56,260 nt of DNA from a virus (IMGVR_UViG_3300009124_000014:1-56260), one strand, 5' to 3'. Shown: positions 27,840-37,557, counted from the stretch's first letter. Notes: generated from the letters alone by a model not told the origin. Program-made: numbers and translations.

Positions 27840-29792
27840 ATGGCTAGAGTATCGTTTAGCCTACGCCGAGACGTAGCAGACCAAGGTTCGTACGTAAGGT
27901 ACGACGACGCTGAATTCGGTCTACGAACAGACGCCGATGGCATTCTTCGTGCAGACGGTTACCAACTACCTCCCGGCGAATTCCCTGACAACTTCTTTCA
28001 GGCAGTTCCCGTAGGTTACGGCGCTGTCCAGATTGACTGGGGTATTACTTACTCTGAGATATCGGGATCGACGGCTGTCACTGAGATTGTCTTGATGTAC
28101 TCAGACGTAGGTGAGCCGCAGACGGTGTCATCTGGCTCAGAGATTCTGCGAACGAGTACCGATTTCGAGTACTTCCACGAGTACAACCACCTGTCTAAAG
28201 ACCGCCCACCGGTACCCGGTAACTGGGCTTACTATTCTTTGTTTGCCCACTACTCATCGACCGCAGGGGACGACTACTACGAAAGGCTGGCTTCCTTAAG
28301 TGTTCTCGTTCCCAAAGACCACGGGTCAACACTGTTTTTGTACAGCAGAATCCCTGCTTACTACCGTGATCTAGATGAAGCGCAGGCCACATACCTGAAC
28401 CCAGAATCTCAGGCCGCTCTGCGTGACTATGGGACCATTCCAATGAATGGACGTATTGGTCCCCTGTTTAGATTCCTGTCAGTAGCAGGTTATGACATGG
28501 ACAAGGTGCGCACGTTGATCGACTACTTAATGGTCAGTCGTGATCCCGCATTGGCAGAGACTGAGACACTCGATGCCATCGCTGAGCAGGTAGGTGTACC
28601 TTTGCGCACGTCTGATCTGGGAGCATCGCGTCTGCGCTCCCTACTTGATGAGATCGGGGTTCTAAGGCGCACTAAAGGTACTTTGGATTCTTTGGTCACC
28701 ACTGGGAGGGCTATCTCTGGCTCTGATGTTGAGTTTGATGAGGACAACTTGTCTCTTAAATTCTACTCGCAGCGCGTCAACTACATCACTGATCCCCTCG
28801 ACTTAACTGGTGGGTTCGACCATCGACCGGCACATGAGGTAGAAGATTACGCAATACGAACATCTAACTTGCAGGGGTCTTATGACCCCTCTACCTACGT
28901 TGGAGGGGCCTCCGCTACTTACCCTACACCGACTACATCGGACTCTTACCTAACAGGTATGTATTGGACGGCATCCGCTTCTGCGGGTAGTTTTAATGGA
29001 TTCCCAGTAGCGGTAGGGGACCTTATCGTTGCTTACGGTGCCCCCTCAGGAACTGCTATGGATGCAGATGAGGTGGAGTTTGGTGTAAATCCTGTAGACG
29101 TGACCGCTACTACCTATGATTCTTACACGCCGTACACCATGGCTAATACGGCAGATCCTAATTTTACTCAAGGCACGCTTGCTGACGGCGTGAACAGGCT
29201 ACTGGTTCATATGACCGACCCCATTCCAGTAAAACTAGGAGACAACGTGGGTATATCTGTTCACGACACTATCGGAACGTCCGCTGCGGTGTGGGCGCGG
29301 TTAGTAGATGTTGACGGTAATGTTGTAGGCTGGTCTAGTGTCCAGACACGCGCAGACAACTTTCCTGCGTACCAAGTGCCTGCTATCGACAACGTGGTAG
29401 CGGATGACTGGACCATCGTCTTCGTAGAGTTGCTGGTAGATATCTCGTCGACCGCACAGTACCGCATGCGTAACGTCCTCGCAGAGCGCAACTTTATCGG
29501 TAAGTACTTTGACGGGAACACGTCTATTGGTGGCTGGTTGATCGATGATCTCAGCAGCATCTCTGATTACCGGTGGTCGGCAGAGGGCGAGAACAACGGC
29601 AACGCCTACCAGAGTATCTCTATCTATACGGAGCAGTTCCGTAGGACTCGTGGGATTCTGAAGGAACTTTTCTTCTCATTTCTGCCGATTGCTGAAGATT
29701 ACCGCTATCGTGACGGCACAGGTGAACCAAACGTCACCGCGTACGATGCGATTCCGGGTCAGTCCGCAATCGATGCGTACTTGACACCCTGA
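27840..29792 (+). CDS. Baseplate wedge/tail protein (gpI/gp7-like)
   Basis: LYSRIPAYYRDLD, GPLFRFL, LRRTKGT motifs; follows the gpJ-like gene. Confidence 0.75.
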   Translation: MARVSFSLRRDVADQGSYVRYDDAEFGLRTDADGILRADGYQLPPGEFPDNFFQAVPVGYGAVQIDWGITYSEISGSTAVTEIVLMYSDVGEPQTVSSGSEILRTSTDFEYFHEYNHLSKDRPPVPGNWAYYSLFAHYSSTAGDDYYERLASLSVLVPKDHGSTLFLYSRIPAYYRDLDEAQATYLNPESQAALRDYGTIPMNGRIGPLFRFLSVAGYDMDKVRTLIDYLMVSRDPALAETETLDAIAEQVGVPLRTSDLGASRLRSLLDEIGVLRRTKGTLDSLVTTGRAISGSDVEFDEDNLSLKFYSQRVNYITDPLDLTGGFDHRPAHEVEDYAIRTSNLQGSYDPSTYVGGASATYPTPTTSDSYLTGMYWTASASAGSFNGFPVAVGDLIVAYGAPSGTAMDADEVEFGVNPVDVTATTYDSYTPYTMANTADPNFTQGTLADGVNRLLVHMTDPIPVKLGDNVGISVHDTIGTSAAVWARLVDVDGNVVGWSSVQTRADNFPAYQVPAIDNVVADDWTIVFVELLVDISSTAQYRMRNVLAERNFIGKYFDGNTSIGGWLIDDLSSISDYRWSAEGENNGNAYQSISIYTEQFRRTRGILKELFFSFLPIAEDYRYRDGTGEPNVTAYDAIPGQSAIDAYLTP

Positions 29793-29820
29793 GTGGTAGC
29801 CGCTAGGATCGGCTACCGCT
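29781..29820 (+). promoter_or_regulatory. Promoter TTGACA-N17-TAGGAT with an 11-bp inverted repeat flanking the -10 element
   Basis: TTGACA at 29781-29786, TAGGAT at 29804-29809; arms AGTGGTAGCCG (29792-29802) and CGGCTACCGCT (29810-29820). Confidence 0.75.
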
Positions 29821-29840
29821 GACCTAGTAGGAGGACCACA

Positions 29841-30683
29841 ATGGCAACACACGCAGTAATCGGTACGGGCACTGCCCCCAGTAAGGTAATTATGGATGGC
29901 TTGGCAGAGGCTGTCGAGGACGGCGACACCTTGTCGCTGGTATGGACTGGTGCCCCAGAAGAAGGCTCCGCTATCGAGTCTGTCTACGCTTTCGTAAAGG
30001 ACAGCGAGACTCCCACGACTGTGTATCACGAGGATGGGCAGAACATCCCGCAGGCTTTGCGCTCGTGGGACAACGTGAGTGTGGTGAAGACCCGCCAGCC
30101 TTTTGCGTCTGCGCTTGACAGTGTCTCTGACGATGGAGTGGTCTTGTTCTTGTGGAACGATGACAAGCCCGACGAGATTCATGGTGTGTTTGACCACTCT
30201 GAGTCGTACAACGTCATGGAGTTGAGTAATGGTCTGTGCCCTATTATTCCGGGCGACGACACAGCACCCCCTGCATCGCCCCCCACTCCTGAGCCTGAAC
30301 CACGCAAGTCAAAGGCTCCCAAACTGCTGAGCATCGATGAGTTGCAAGTTATGACCGCAGTCGCAGTCAAGCAATACGGGCAGGATATGGGTTGTGAGTC
30401 CAAGACAAAGTCAGGCATCATCGAAGAGATTGCCGCACGTTTGGAGACAGAGGTCCCCAGCCCCCCGGAGTCGGTAACAGAGGAACCAGCACCCGTCGTA
30501 AAGGTCGATAACGTATCATTCCCGACCACCAAGCCGGAGAGCACAGCGTCTGATTGGGATGAGGAACTCATCGATTTGACCAAGGATTTCTTGAACCAGA
30601 GACAGACTGGGTTTGAGGCCGACATGGCACACCTTGCCCTTGGTCAGGCACGGCTGTGGATGCTTAAGGCGCTGAATCGTTAA
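29841..30683 (+). CDS. Multidomain hypothetical protein (Rossmann/SLOG-like, HeH-like, Tad1/Acb2-like hairpin)
   Basis: AGGAGG RBS; ORF is solid. Domain calls are motif-level impressions only. Confidence 0.6.
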   Translation: MATHAVIGTGTAPSKVIMDGLAEAVEDGDTLSLVWTGAPEEGSAIESVYAFVKDSETPTTVYHEDGQNIPQALRSWDNVSVVKTRQPFASALDSVSDDGVVLFLWNDDKPDEIHGVFDHSESYNVMELSNGLCPIIPGDDTAPPASPPTPEPEPRKSKAPKLLSIDELQVMTAVAVKQYGQDMGCESKTKSGIIEEIAARLETEVPSPPESVTEEPAPVVKVDNVSFPTTKPESTASDWDEELIDLTKDFLNQRQTGFEADMAHLALGQARLWMLKALNR

Positions 30684-30700
30684 TAATCCTTACCTCTACG

Positions 30701-30728
30701 TTGCCTCAGGTGAACGTGGTGGTATAGT
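30701..30728 (+). promoter_or_regulatory. Promoter TTGCCT-N16-TATAGT with extended -10 TG
   Basis: Intergenic; TGGTATAGT extended -10 element. Confidence 0.6.
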
Positions 30729-30830
30729 ACCAACGTACAGTGTTGCTACTTTTAGTAGAAGTCCTCCTCAGACGGCTGTACGTGGTAGCGAGTGGCCCCC
30801 CACCTCCAGTAAGGTGTGGGGGCCGCTTGC
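30729..30830 (+). ncRNA. Putative structured small RNA or leader RNA
   Basis: ACCAACGTACAG pairs with CTGTACGTGGT; internal CTACT/AGTAG hairpin; unpaired GTCCTCCTC; then a long GC-rich hairpin at 30788-30830. Confidence 0.5.
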
Positions 30831-30846
30831 GTAATAGGGAGGTTGT

Positions 30847-31569
30847 ATGCCAGTATTTGGTGCTGATCCAGAAGCAGAAGACAGAGGATGGGAAGACGTG
30901 AGGACATCACAGGGAGTATTCGTCAGTAGGCCGGTACGGGAGTTGACCAACTATTTTGCATACCACCGCAACACTCGTATGAGTCAGCGGTGCAACGAAG
31001 AGGACAAGTCACGGTTGAACATCTTCTTCTCACGTAAACTGAAGCAGGGGTTTGACAGTGCCTCGATCAAGGAGATCATCGACAGGTTCTACCAGTCACC
31101 AGCGGGTCAGCATGAGTTTGCATCCGCACTCTTCTGCAAAGATGATGTGCAGAAGGAATTGATGGAAGATATCGACATCACCAACAACGACCCTGTTTTA
31201 CAGTGGTTGTTGGATGGGATGCCGAACAGTGGTCCTTTCACTGATCCACGTGAGGTACGCAAAGCCATCATGCAGGAGTGTGTTGAGTCGTTGCTCCGCT
31301 ACCCAGAAGTAGTCGCTGACATTATTCGCATCGACGATCCCGAGCCTCATCTCTCACACCGTTTGGCCAGTTTAGAGAGTCTGATTCTCTGGAACCTCAC
31401 AGATGATTCCGGGAATGCTGGACAATGGCAGGATGTTCTGTGTATCATCACTCTTCCTAAGGAACTGGCTTCACGAGGACGTTCACCGAAGAGCGTACGG
31501 CTTAAGCATGGTTCCGTAAAAGATGCAGTGATGAGGATTCCCATGAGGAGAAGCAAGGAGAGCAGTTGA
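30847..31569 (+). CDS. Hypothetical protein, possible replication initiator/loader partner
   Basis: GGGAGG RBS; first gene of the DnaC-DnaB-primase block. Function from synteny only. Confidence 0.5.
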   Translation: MPVFGADPEAEDRGWEDVRTSQGVFVSRPVRELTNYFAYHRNTRMSQRCNEEDKSRLNIFFSRKLKQGFDSASIKEIIDRFYQSPAGQHEFASALFCKDDVQKELMEDIDITNNDPVLQWLLDGMPNSGPFTDPREVRKAIMQECVESLLRYPEVVADIIRIDDPEPHLSHRLASLESLILWNLTDDSGNAGQWQDVLCIITLPKELASRGRSPKSVRLKHGSVKDAVMRIPMRRSKESS

Positions 31570-32135
31570 ACTTTAGTACACCAACCGAGTGGAAGAGCGA
31601 GAACTGGTGGAGAAACCGCCCAGTAGATGAGCGGCTGTTCCATCTGCACATACCTAAGCGAATTCGTGAGAACATGGAGGACTGGGAGAGTGTGGCCTTA
31701 AAGGGCGACGGCAACCTGTTCATACAGGGCGCATCAGGGTCAGGCAAGTCACTCATCGCCGCCAAGACGCTTACGTCCATCATACAGAAGCACAAAGTCT
31801 CAGGACGTTGGGTCGAGGCTGACGACTACATCGAGATGATCAAGGACTCGTTCGACAACGAGGGTGTTTTGCCTGAGATGTACTCTAGCCCCCATGTCGT
31901 GAAGTACGTCAAAGGAGTGTTTGATGTCGTTGTCATCGACGGTCTTGGAGAAGAGCGTCTGACGGAGTTCGCTAGTCACGAGTTGGGGAGCCTTATCCGT
32001 AAGCGGTTCGACAAGCAGAAGGCGACGATTATCACGTCACGACTTTCGTTACAGGACATCAAGCACCGCTATGGACCTAGGTTGGCTAATCCGCTCGCAG
32101 ACTTTGAGTTTGAGGTTCTCCGTGGAAAACGGTGA
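31566..32135 (+). CDS. DnaC/IstB-like AAA+ helicase loader
   Basis: Walker A GASGSGKS, Walker B VVVIDGLGEE, TIITSRL, RYGPRL. Confidence 0.85.
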   Translation: MNFSTPTEWKSENWWRNRPVDERLFHLHIPKRIRENMEDWESVALKGDGNLFIQGASGSGKSLIAAKTLTSIIQKHKVSGRWVEADDYIEMIKDSFDNEGVLPEMYSSPHVVKYVKGVFDVVVIDGLGEERLTEFASHELGSLIRKRFDKQKATIITSRLSLQDIKHRYGPRLANPLADFEFEVLRGKR

Positions 32136-32586
32136 CATCGCCCCTACCGTGCATAAGCATATTGCTTGTTGGTTTGAAGACTTGTTGATGACACGGCAGG
32201 AAGACCAGCCGCAGAGGCGCAACCTGTTCCTTCGGCGTATCAACAGTAGAGAGATGACGTACGAAGAGGTCATCAAGAACGAGGTGCGGAAGTGGAAGGT
32301 AAACGAGATGCCTCTCAAGTCCGTGCACCATATGGTCAACCAGTTAGAACTCGGCGTGGAGGTGTACACCTACTTGGACGAGGACCTTGTTGAGCAGGTG
32401 GAGCATTGGCTCGCTAGAAAAGGTATCAGCGTGAGCGTGTATCACTACCCTGACTTTGATACTCTGCGTGACGACTTTAAGTACAACAGGGACGTGCACA
32501 CGCTGTTTACTCCGTACGAGGACGACGCGGCGTGGTTAGGGTTTAGGGCGACAGTAGTGCGCTCAGACGGGACATTTGGAATCTAA
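32122..32586 (+). CDS. Hypothetical protein, possible degenerate HAD-like fold
   Basis: GTG start after GAGG; coupled to neighbours; fold guess is weak. Confidence 0.55.
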   Translation: MENGDIAPTVHKHIACWFEDLLMTRQEDQPQRRNLFLRRINSREMTYEEVIKNEVRKWKVNEMPLKSVHHMVNQLELGVEVYTYLDEDLVEQVEHWLARKGISVSVYHYPDFDTLRDDFKYNRDVHTLFTPYEDDAAWLGFRATVVRSDGTFGI

Positions 32587-33836
32587 TGGCATCAATCGAA
32601 CACTTAGTAATCAGCAAGATCATCGAGGACCAGTCACTCACAGAGGCGAGCAAATCAGGCATCAAGCCTGTCTACTTCGCTGGTGAGTGGGAGTCAATCT
32701 ACCAGTGGGTTCTGGAGTACAACAGTAATCACGGCGCTGTCCCGACAGAGCGTGCGTTCCACACGGCGTATGGCGATGTGGAGATTGTCGACACCGCTAC
32801 GGAGTCGTTTAGTGGTCTTTTTGAAGAACTACTGAACGCATACCGCTCTCGTACTGTCATTGAGGCCGTTAGCGCTGCTATGGGTCCCCTTGACAAGAAC
32901 GATGTGAGCAACGCTATGTCGATCCTGTCCTCAGGGTTGCAGGCCGCTAGCACGGAAACTGCCCGACTGCGTGACTTCAATATCGTTGAGGGTTGGGAAG
33001 AGCAGTTGCAGATGTATCGAGAGATGAAGGATAACCCCAATGCTTTACGTGGCATCCCGACCGGGTTCACCGGGCTTGACCGGGTGACCTACGGATTGCG
33101 CCCCCAGCAGTTCATTGTCATGGTAGGAGAGCCTAAGCGTGGTAAATCACTCTTTGAACTGATCATGGCTAATGCCTGTCACCGTCATGGCTTGGTTCCG
33201 CTGTTCATCTCGTTTGAGATGTCTGTGGCTGAACAGCGTTCTAGGTTCTACTCTCTGATTGCAAAGATTCCCTACGAACGCATCCTCAGCGGGCAGATGT
33301 CCGAAGCAGAGTTCATGCGATTAGAGAAGTCGATGCGGATGATGAAGAACATGCAACCTTTTATGATGTCAGAAGACTCCAGCAGTCTCACCACCATCAG
33401 TGCTATCGCTGGCAAGATTCAGGAGTACCAGCCTGATGCTGTGTTCATCGACGGTATGTACCTCATGGACGACGAGAACGGAGAACCAAAAGGTACACCG
33501 CAGGCTCTGACTAACATCACTCGTGGAGTCAAGCGTCTCGCTCAGCGGTTTGACATCCCCATCGTCGGCACATCTCAGGTGTTGTCGTGGAAGTTGAACA
33601 ACAAGCGCACAAGAGCCATCACTGCTGACTCCATCGGCTACACGTCGTCTTTTGTGCAGGACGCTGACTTGGTTCTTGGTGTAGAACGCAATCCTGACCT
33701 TGACGATCAGGCCATCATTCGTGTGGTAGAGGCTCGTACGGCACCCCACGCAGAGGTCCACGTTAAGTGGGACTGGCAGACAATGGAGTTTGAAGAGGTA
33801 TCGGAGGTTGATGAAGTTGACCCATCATTCGACTGA
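32586..33836 (+). CDS. dnaB: DnaB-like replicative helicase
   Basis: GIPTGFTGLD, GEPKRGKS, FISFEMS, VFIDGMYLM, QDADLVL. Confidence 0.93.
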   Translation: MASIEHLVISKIIEDQSLTEASKSGIKPVYFAGEWESIYQWVLEYNSNHGAVPTERAFHTAYGDVEIVDTATESFSGLFEELLNAYRSRTVIEAVSAAMGPLDKNDVSNAMSILSSGLQAASTETARLRDFNIVEGWEEQLQMYREMKDNPNALRGIPTGFTGLDRVTYGLRPQQFIVMVGEPKRGKSLFELIMANACHRHGLVPLFISFEMSVAEQRSRFYSLIAKIPYERILSGQMSEAEFMRLEKSMRMMKNMQPFMMSEDSSSLTTISAIAGKIQEYQPDAVFIDGMYLMDDENGEPKGTPQALTNITRGVKRLAQRFDIPIVGTSQVLSWKLNNKRTRAITADSIGYTSSFVQDADLVLGVERNPDLDDQAIIRVVEARTAPHAEVHVKWDWQTMEFEEVSEVDEVDPSFD

Positions 33837-33837
33837 C

Positions 33838-34101
33838 ATGGACATAGTGGAGCGCTTGGAGTACGCATCGATGAGCACTCCAGAGATTTCCCTATTAAGA
33901 GAAGCCGCCCAGCATATTCGTAAGTTACGTGAAGAACTGGCAGAGGCTCAAGACGAGAGCATCGTCATCCACGACAAGGATGGCAACGAGTTGTGCGTTA
34001 TCGAAGGTCCAGCAGCGGAGCATCTGAAGAAGCACGCTATCTCTGACTACGTAACTAACGCCCTCCGTCACATACTGGAAGAGTATGGACAGGAGCACTG
34101 A
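33838..34101 (+). CDS. Hypothetical protein
   Basis: MDIVERL...EAAQHIRKLR small-phage-protein motif; fills the gap between helicase and primase. Confidence 0.65.
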   Translation: MDIVERLEYASMSTPEISLLREAAQHIRKLREELAEAQDESIVIHDKDGNELCVIEGPAAEHLKKHAISDYVTNALRHILEEYGQEH

Positions 34102-34990
34102 TCTTGTAGAGGTCCTCACCGAACTAGGTGTTGACGTACGTAAGATACAGAGCGATGAGATCAACGCTCGTTGCCCTGTTCATCACCTAACCAAGGGCCG
34201 TGACAGCACTCGTTACTCTTGGTATCTCAATGTCGACACCGGTCTTTGGTACTGCTTCTCTTGCGGTGCTAGAGGTAACTTATCGCATCTGATAAGCCAA
34301 CTTACTGACGACCCTTCCGCTCTTTGGGGCATCCAAACTCATCTCATTGAGTCTGGTCTCAAGCGCCTAACTACAGTTGAGGAAGACGTTTCAGAGGCTT
34401 ACACGCCTTTAGACTGGAATCGGTACACGTCTTTTGAACTTTACCCAGCAAGACTGTGTGAAATACGTCACATTGATATCGACGTAGCGCATCGTTACGG
34501 CATTAGGTGGGATAAGGATACTAAGTCCACAGTTATCCCTATCGTGTCCCCCATAGGCCAGTTGTGGGGGTGGCAACTAAAGAAAGAAGGGTGGGTACGT
34601 AACTACCCAGAGGGTGTGCATAAGGGAGACACCTTGTTCGGTATCGAGCGTGCTCACGGCGACACTGGCCTGTTGTTGGAGTCTCCCTTAGACGTAGTGC
34701 GCTTCCACTCAGTGTACGGTGGTTCTGAGGTTTCGGCAGTAGCGTCGTTTGGTGCCAACGTGTCCTCCAACCAAATATCACTTCTATGTGATAGATTTGA
34801 TTCACTGGTCATTGCTCTGGACAACGATAAGGCGGGCAAGATGGAGACAACGAGAGTAGCCAAGAGCCTCCCCTCCCTCCGTCACGGTGTTCGCTACTGG
34901 AAGTACTTAGACGATGTGAAGGACCTTGGCGACATGTCCGATGTACAGATCATCAAGGGCATTCTCAATACGTCGGTGATCCATGTTTAA
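34085..34990 (+). CDS. DNA primase (CHC2 zinc finger plus TOPRIM)
   Basis: CPVH...WYCFSCGARGN, LLESPLDV, ALDNDKAG, KDLGDM. Confidence 0.92.
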   Translation: MDRSTDLVEVLTELGVDVRKIQSDEINARCPVHHLTKGRDSTRYSWYLNVDTGLWYCFSCGARGNLSHLISQLTDDPSALWGIQTHLIESGLKRLTTVEEDVSEAYTPLDWNRYTSFELYPARLCEIRHIDIDVAHRYGIRWDKDTKSTVIPIVSPIGQLWGWQLKKEGWVRNYPEGVHKGDTLFGIERAHGDTGLLLESPLDVVRFHSVYGGSEVSAVASFGANVSSNQISLLCDRFDSLVIALDNDKAGKMETTRVAKSLPSLRHGVRYWKYLDDVKDLGDMSDVQIIKGILNTSVIHV

Positions 34991-36518
34991 GGGTCAACTA
35001 TGGCCATATCAGCAAGAGGCTGTAGACCGCATGGTCGACCGAGGGCAGATGCTGCTAGGCATGGTCATGGGCGCGGGGAAGACGCCCACGACTCTAGGGG
35101 CAGTAGAAGAGTTACATGCAGAGGGAGAGATCGACCGGTGTCTGGTTATCGTCCCCGCTTCTCTGAAATACCAATGGGCTAGAGAGATCGCTAAGTTTAC
35201 TGACGCCAAGTCGACGGTTATCGACGGTCCAAAGAACAAGCGGCAAATGCAGTGGAGAATGTCAATCAATAGTAGGTATGTCATTGTCAATGCTGAGACC
35301 CTTGCTAACGACCTCAAGGATTTGGGGATCATTCAAGCGATCGTTGTAGACGAGAGTACGATGATCAAGAACCGTTCTGCAAAGCGTTCTAAGTTGGTTA
35401 AACGTATAGGTAAAACCGTCCCCTACCGATTTGCGCTCACTGGACAGCCCATCGAGAATCGCCCCGAAGAACTGTTTAGTATTATGGAGTTCGTAGACAA
35501 GCAAGTTCTAGGCGACTTCCAGTTGTTTGACCGCACCTTCATTGTAAGGGATAACTGGGGCAGACCTCTGCGTTACCGAAATCTGGACAAGATGCACAAG
35601 TCGATGCAGGAGTGCATGATTCGTAAAACTCGTGACGACATCAAGGATCAATTACCGGATATCATTCACCAAGTCATACCTGTGCCATTTGACGTAGGTG
35701 GAGCAAAGGTATACCGAAGCATCTCCAACGATCTACTCAGAAAGATCAGCGAGACAACACAAGGTAACAGTGGTTTCAACTTGTGGGCGCATTACAACGG
35801 TGGAGATGGTAGTGAGGCGCAGGGCCAGATCATGGCTCGTTTAACGGTGCTTAGAATGCTGTGCGACAACCCTGAACTGGTGCGCAAGTCGGCAGACAAT
35901 TACAGCAACGCTGATGTCGCTACTGGTAGCCAGTACGCCTCCGAGATCATGGCCATGGGGTGGATGGAGTCTGCTAACAAGTCCCCCAAGTTAGAAGCAT
36001 GCTTGGAGTACATAGAAGACGTTCTATCTCAGGACGAGAACAACAAGGTCGTTTTATTTTCTTTCTTCAAGGACAACCTGCGCATGATCCAGCAGGCCAC
36101 TAGCCACCTAGCGGATAGCGTGCTGTTCATGGGTGGCATGGACGCAGCGGCACGAGACGCCAGCAAGCAGAGGTTTGCCGAGGACCCTAAGTGCCGTCTA
36201 TTTCTGTCGTCCGATGCAGGAGGCTACGGGGTTGACCTTCCCATGGCTAACTATTTGATCTCGTACGACTTGCCATGGAGTAGTGGCAAGTTGGAACAGA
36301 GAGAGGCTCGTATCATTAGGTTGTCGTCGGAGTTTCCTCACGTTACAATCGCCACCTTCGTTATGCAGGGCAGTATCGAAGAGCGTCAGTACGAGATGCT
36401 TCAGATGAAGCGCTCAGTCAATGAGGCGTTCATTGATGGCAAGCACCATGACAACGATGGAGGAATGACACTGACGCTTGACACGCTCAGTGGGTTTCTG
36501 CGAGAATCAAGCGTATGA
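34983..36518 (+). CDS. SNF2-family helicase
   Basis: MGAGKT, VPASLKYQW, VVDES, LTGQPIEN, GGYGVDL, QREARIIR. Confidence 0.92.
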   Translation: MFKGQLWPYQQEAVDRMVDRGQMLLGMVMGAGKTPTTLGAVEELHAEGEIDRCLVIVPASLKYQWAREIAKFTDAKSTVIDGPKNKRQMQWRMSINSRYVIVNAETLANDLKDLGIIQAIVVDESTMIKNRSAKRSKLVKRIGKTVPYRFALTGQPIENRPEELFSIMEFVDKQVLGDFQLFDRTFIVRDNWGRPLRYRNLDKMHKSMQECMIRKTRDDIKDQLPDIIHQVIPVPFDVGGAKVYRSISNDLLRKISETTQGNSGFNLWAHYNGGDGSEAQGQIMARLTVLRMLCDNPELVRKSADNYSNADVATGSQYASEIMAMGWMESANKSPKLEACLEYIEDVLSQDENNKVVLFSFFKDNLRMIQQATSHLADSVLFMGGMDAAARDASKQRFAEDPKCRLFLSSDAGGYGVDLPMANYLISYDLPWSSGKLEQREARIIRLSSEFPHVTIATFVMQGSIEERQYEMLQMKRSVNEAFIDGKHHDNDGGMTLTLDTLSGFLRESSV

Positions 36519-36529
36519 CAGGAGGACAC

Positions 36530-36949
36530 ATGGACGAGATCGAACGCATGGCAGAAGAGTACGTGCGGCACAACGAGCATTCTCAGGCTTTGCAGAAGAT
36601 GCTTGACGAACTGAAGAAGCACCTGACCGAGTACATCGAGAGCAGTGGTGAGACCGACGAGCGGGGCAACCAGTATCTGCCCGCAGGTAGGTTCATGCTA
36701 CGCCGTCAGCGTCGTGAGAGCCGCCCTTCCTTGAATAAGGACCGTGCAGAGCAGTGGGCTAAGGAACAGGGGATCTGGGACAAAGTCTCACGTACTGTGG
36801 AGGTCCTTGACGAAGATGCTTTGGTGGGCTATATTTTTGAGAACCGTGACACAGATGGTCTGGAAGAAGAGTTTCAGAACCTTCACGATCCCCCCAAGAT
36901 CACGTTTGCGTTTATGAAGCCAGTAGAGGAGGAACAGTATGACTACTGA
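36530..36949 (+). CDS. Hypothetical protein (Gam-like/DNA-associated, weak)
   Basis: AGGAGG RBS; N-terminal coiled coil; VEVLDEDAL motif. Confidence 0.55.
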   Translation: MDEIERMAEEYVRHNEHSQALQKMLDELKKHLTEYIESSGETDERGNQYLPAGRFMLRRQRRESRPSLNKDRAEQWAKEQGIWDKVSRTVEVLDEDALVGYIFENRDTDGLEEEFQNLHDPPKITFAFMKPVEEEQYDY

Positions 36950-37088
36950 GTACGACATCTTGAGCGTCACTCGTGTCGGCATGTTCCGCTGGGAGGCAAT
37001 GGTACGCACTAGTTATATCGTTATGTATTTTTACGGGTACAGCAAAGGCGCTGTAAAGCGCAAAGTTGCTCGGTATTTGGGCAAGTAG
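36939..37088 (+). CDS. Small hypothetical protein (49 aa), not in the ORF track
   Basis: GAGGAGG RBS then ATG; MTTEYDILSVTRVGMFRWEAMVR...; fills the gap. Confidence 0.55.
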   Translation: MTTEYDILSVTRVGMFRWEAMVRTSYIVMYFYGYSKGAVKRKVARYLGK

Positions 37089-37110
37089 TACTCGTTTAGG
37101 AGCGTAATTA

Positions 37111-37557
37111 ATGCCTAGAGACCCTTTAGACCTCTTTAATTCTCTAAAAGAAGAGGATACTGATACGGATTATCCGGGTAAGACTGCGCCCAAGAACCGG
37201 GATTCTTCACCAATCACGCACGAGTGGTTGACAGGGATTCCGTACCAAGAGTATATTGTCAAGGGAGTTACCCGTAAGTTCTACACCATCGGGTCACTCG
37301 CCAAGGCTATAGGTCGCGCTCCTGTGACCATTAGGGAATGGGAGCGTAAAGGCTGGTTACCTCCAGCCGCATTCCGCACTCCAACGCCTAAAGGGGAGCA
37401 AGTCCCCGGTAAGCAGGCCAAGGGTCGGAGACTTTATTCAGAGGCACAGGTTGTGTTTCTCGTAGAGTCAATGGTAGGTTTCAGTATTGATGATCCTCAC
37501 AACTCTGATTGGGAGGGCTTCAAGGCTGAGATAGCCAACAATTATCCACGCAACTGA
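37111..37557 (+). CDS. MerR-like HTH DNA-binding protein
   Basis: FYTIGSLAKAIGRAPVTIREWERKGWLP...GRRLYS. Confidence 0.85.
   Translation: MPRDPLDLFNSLKEEDTDTDYPGKTAPKNRDSSPITHEWLTGIPYQEYIVKGVTRKFYTIGSLAKAIGRAPVTIREWERKGWLPPAAFRTPTPKGEQVPGKQAKGRRLYSEAQVVFLVESMVGFSIDDPHNSDWEGFKAEIANNYPRN

Noticed and set aside
9572-29792. Extracellular contractile injection system or tailocin
   Set aside because: Linked to neck genes, lysis genes and a full replication module, so a phage is the simpler reading.
30729-30830. tRNA or simple intrinsic terminator
   Set aside because: No cloverleaf with T-loop or CCA; the GC-rich hairpin lacks a U-tract and lies downstream of a promoter.
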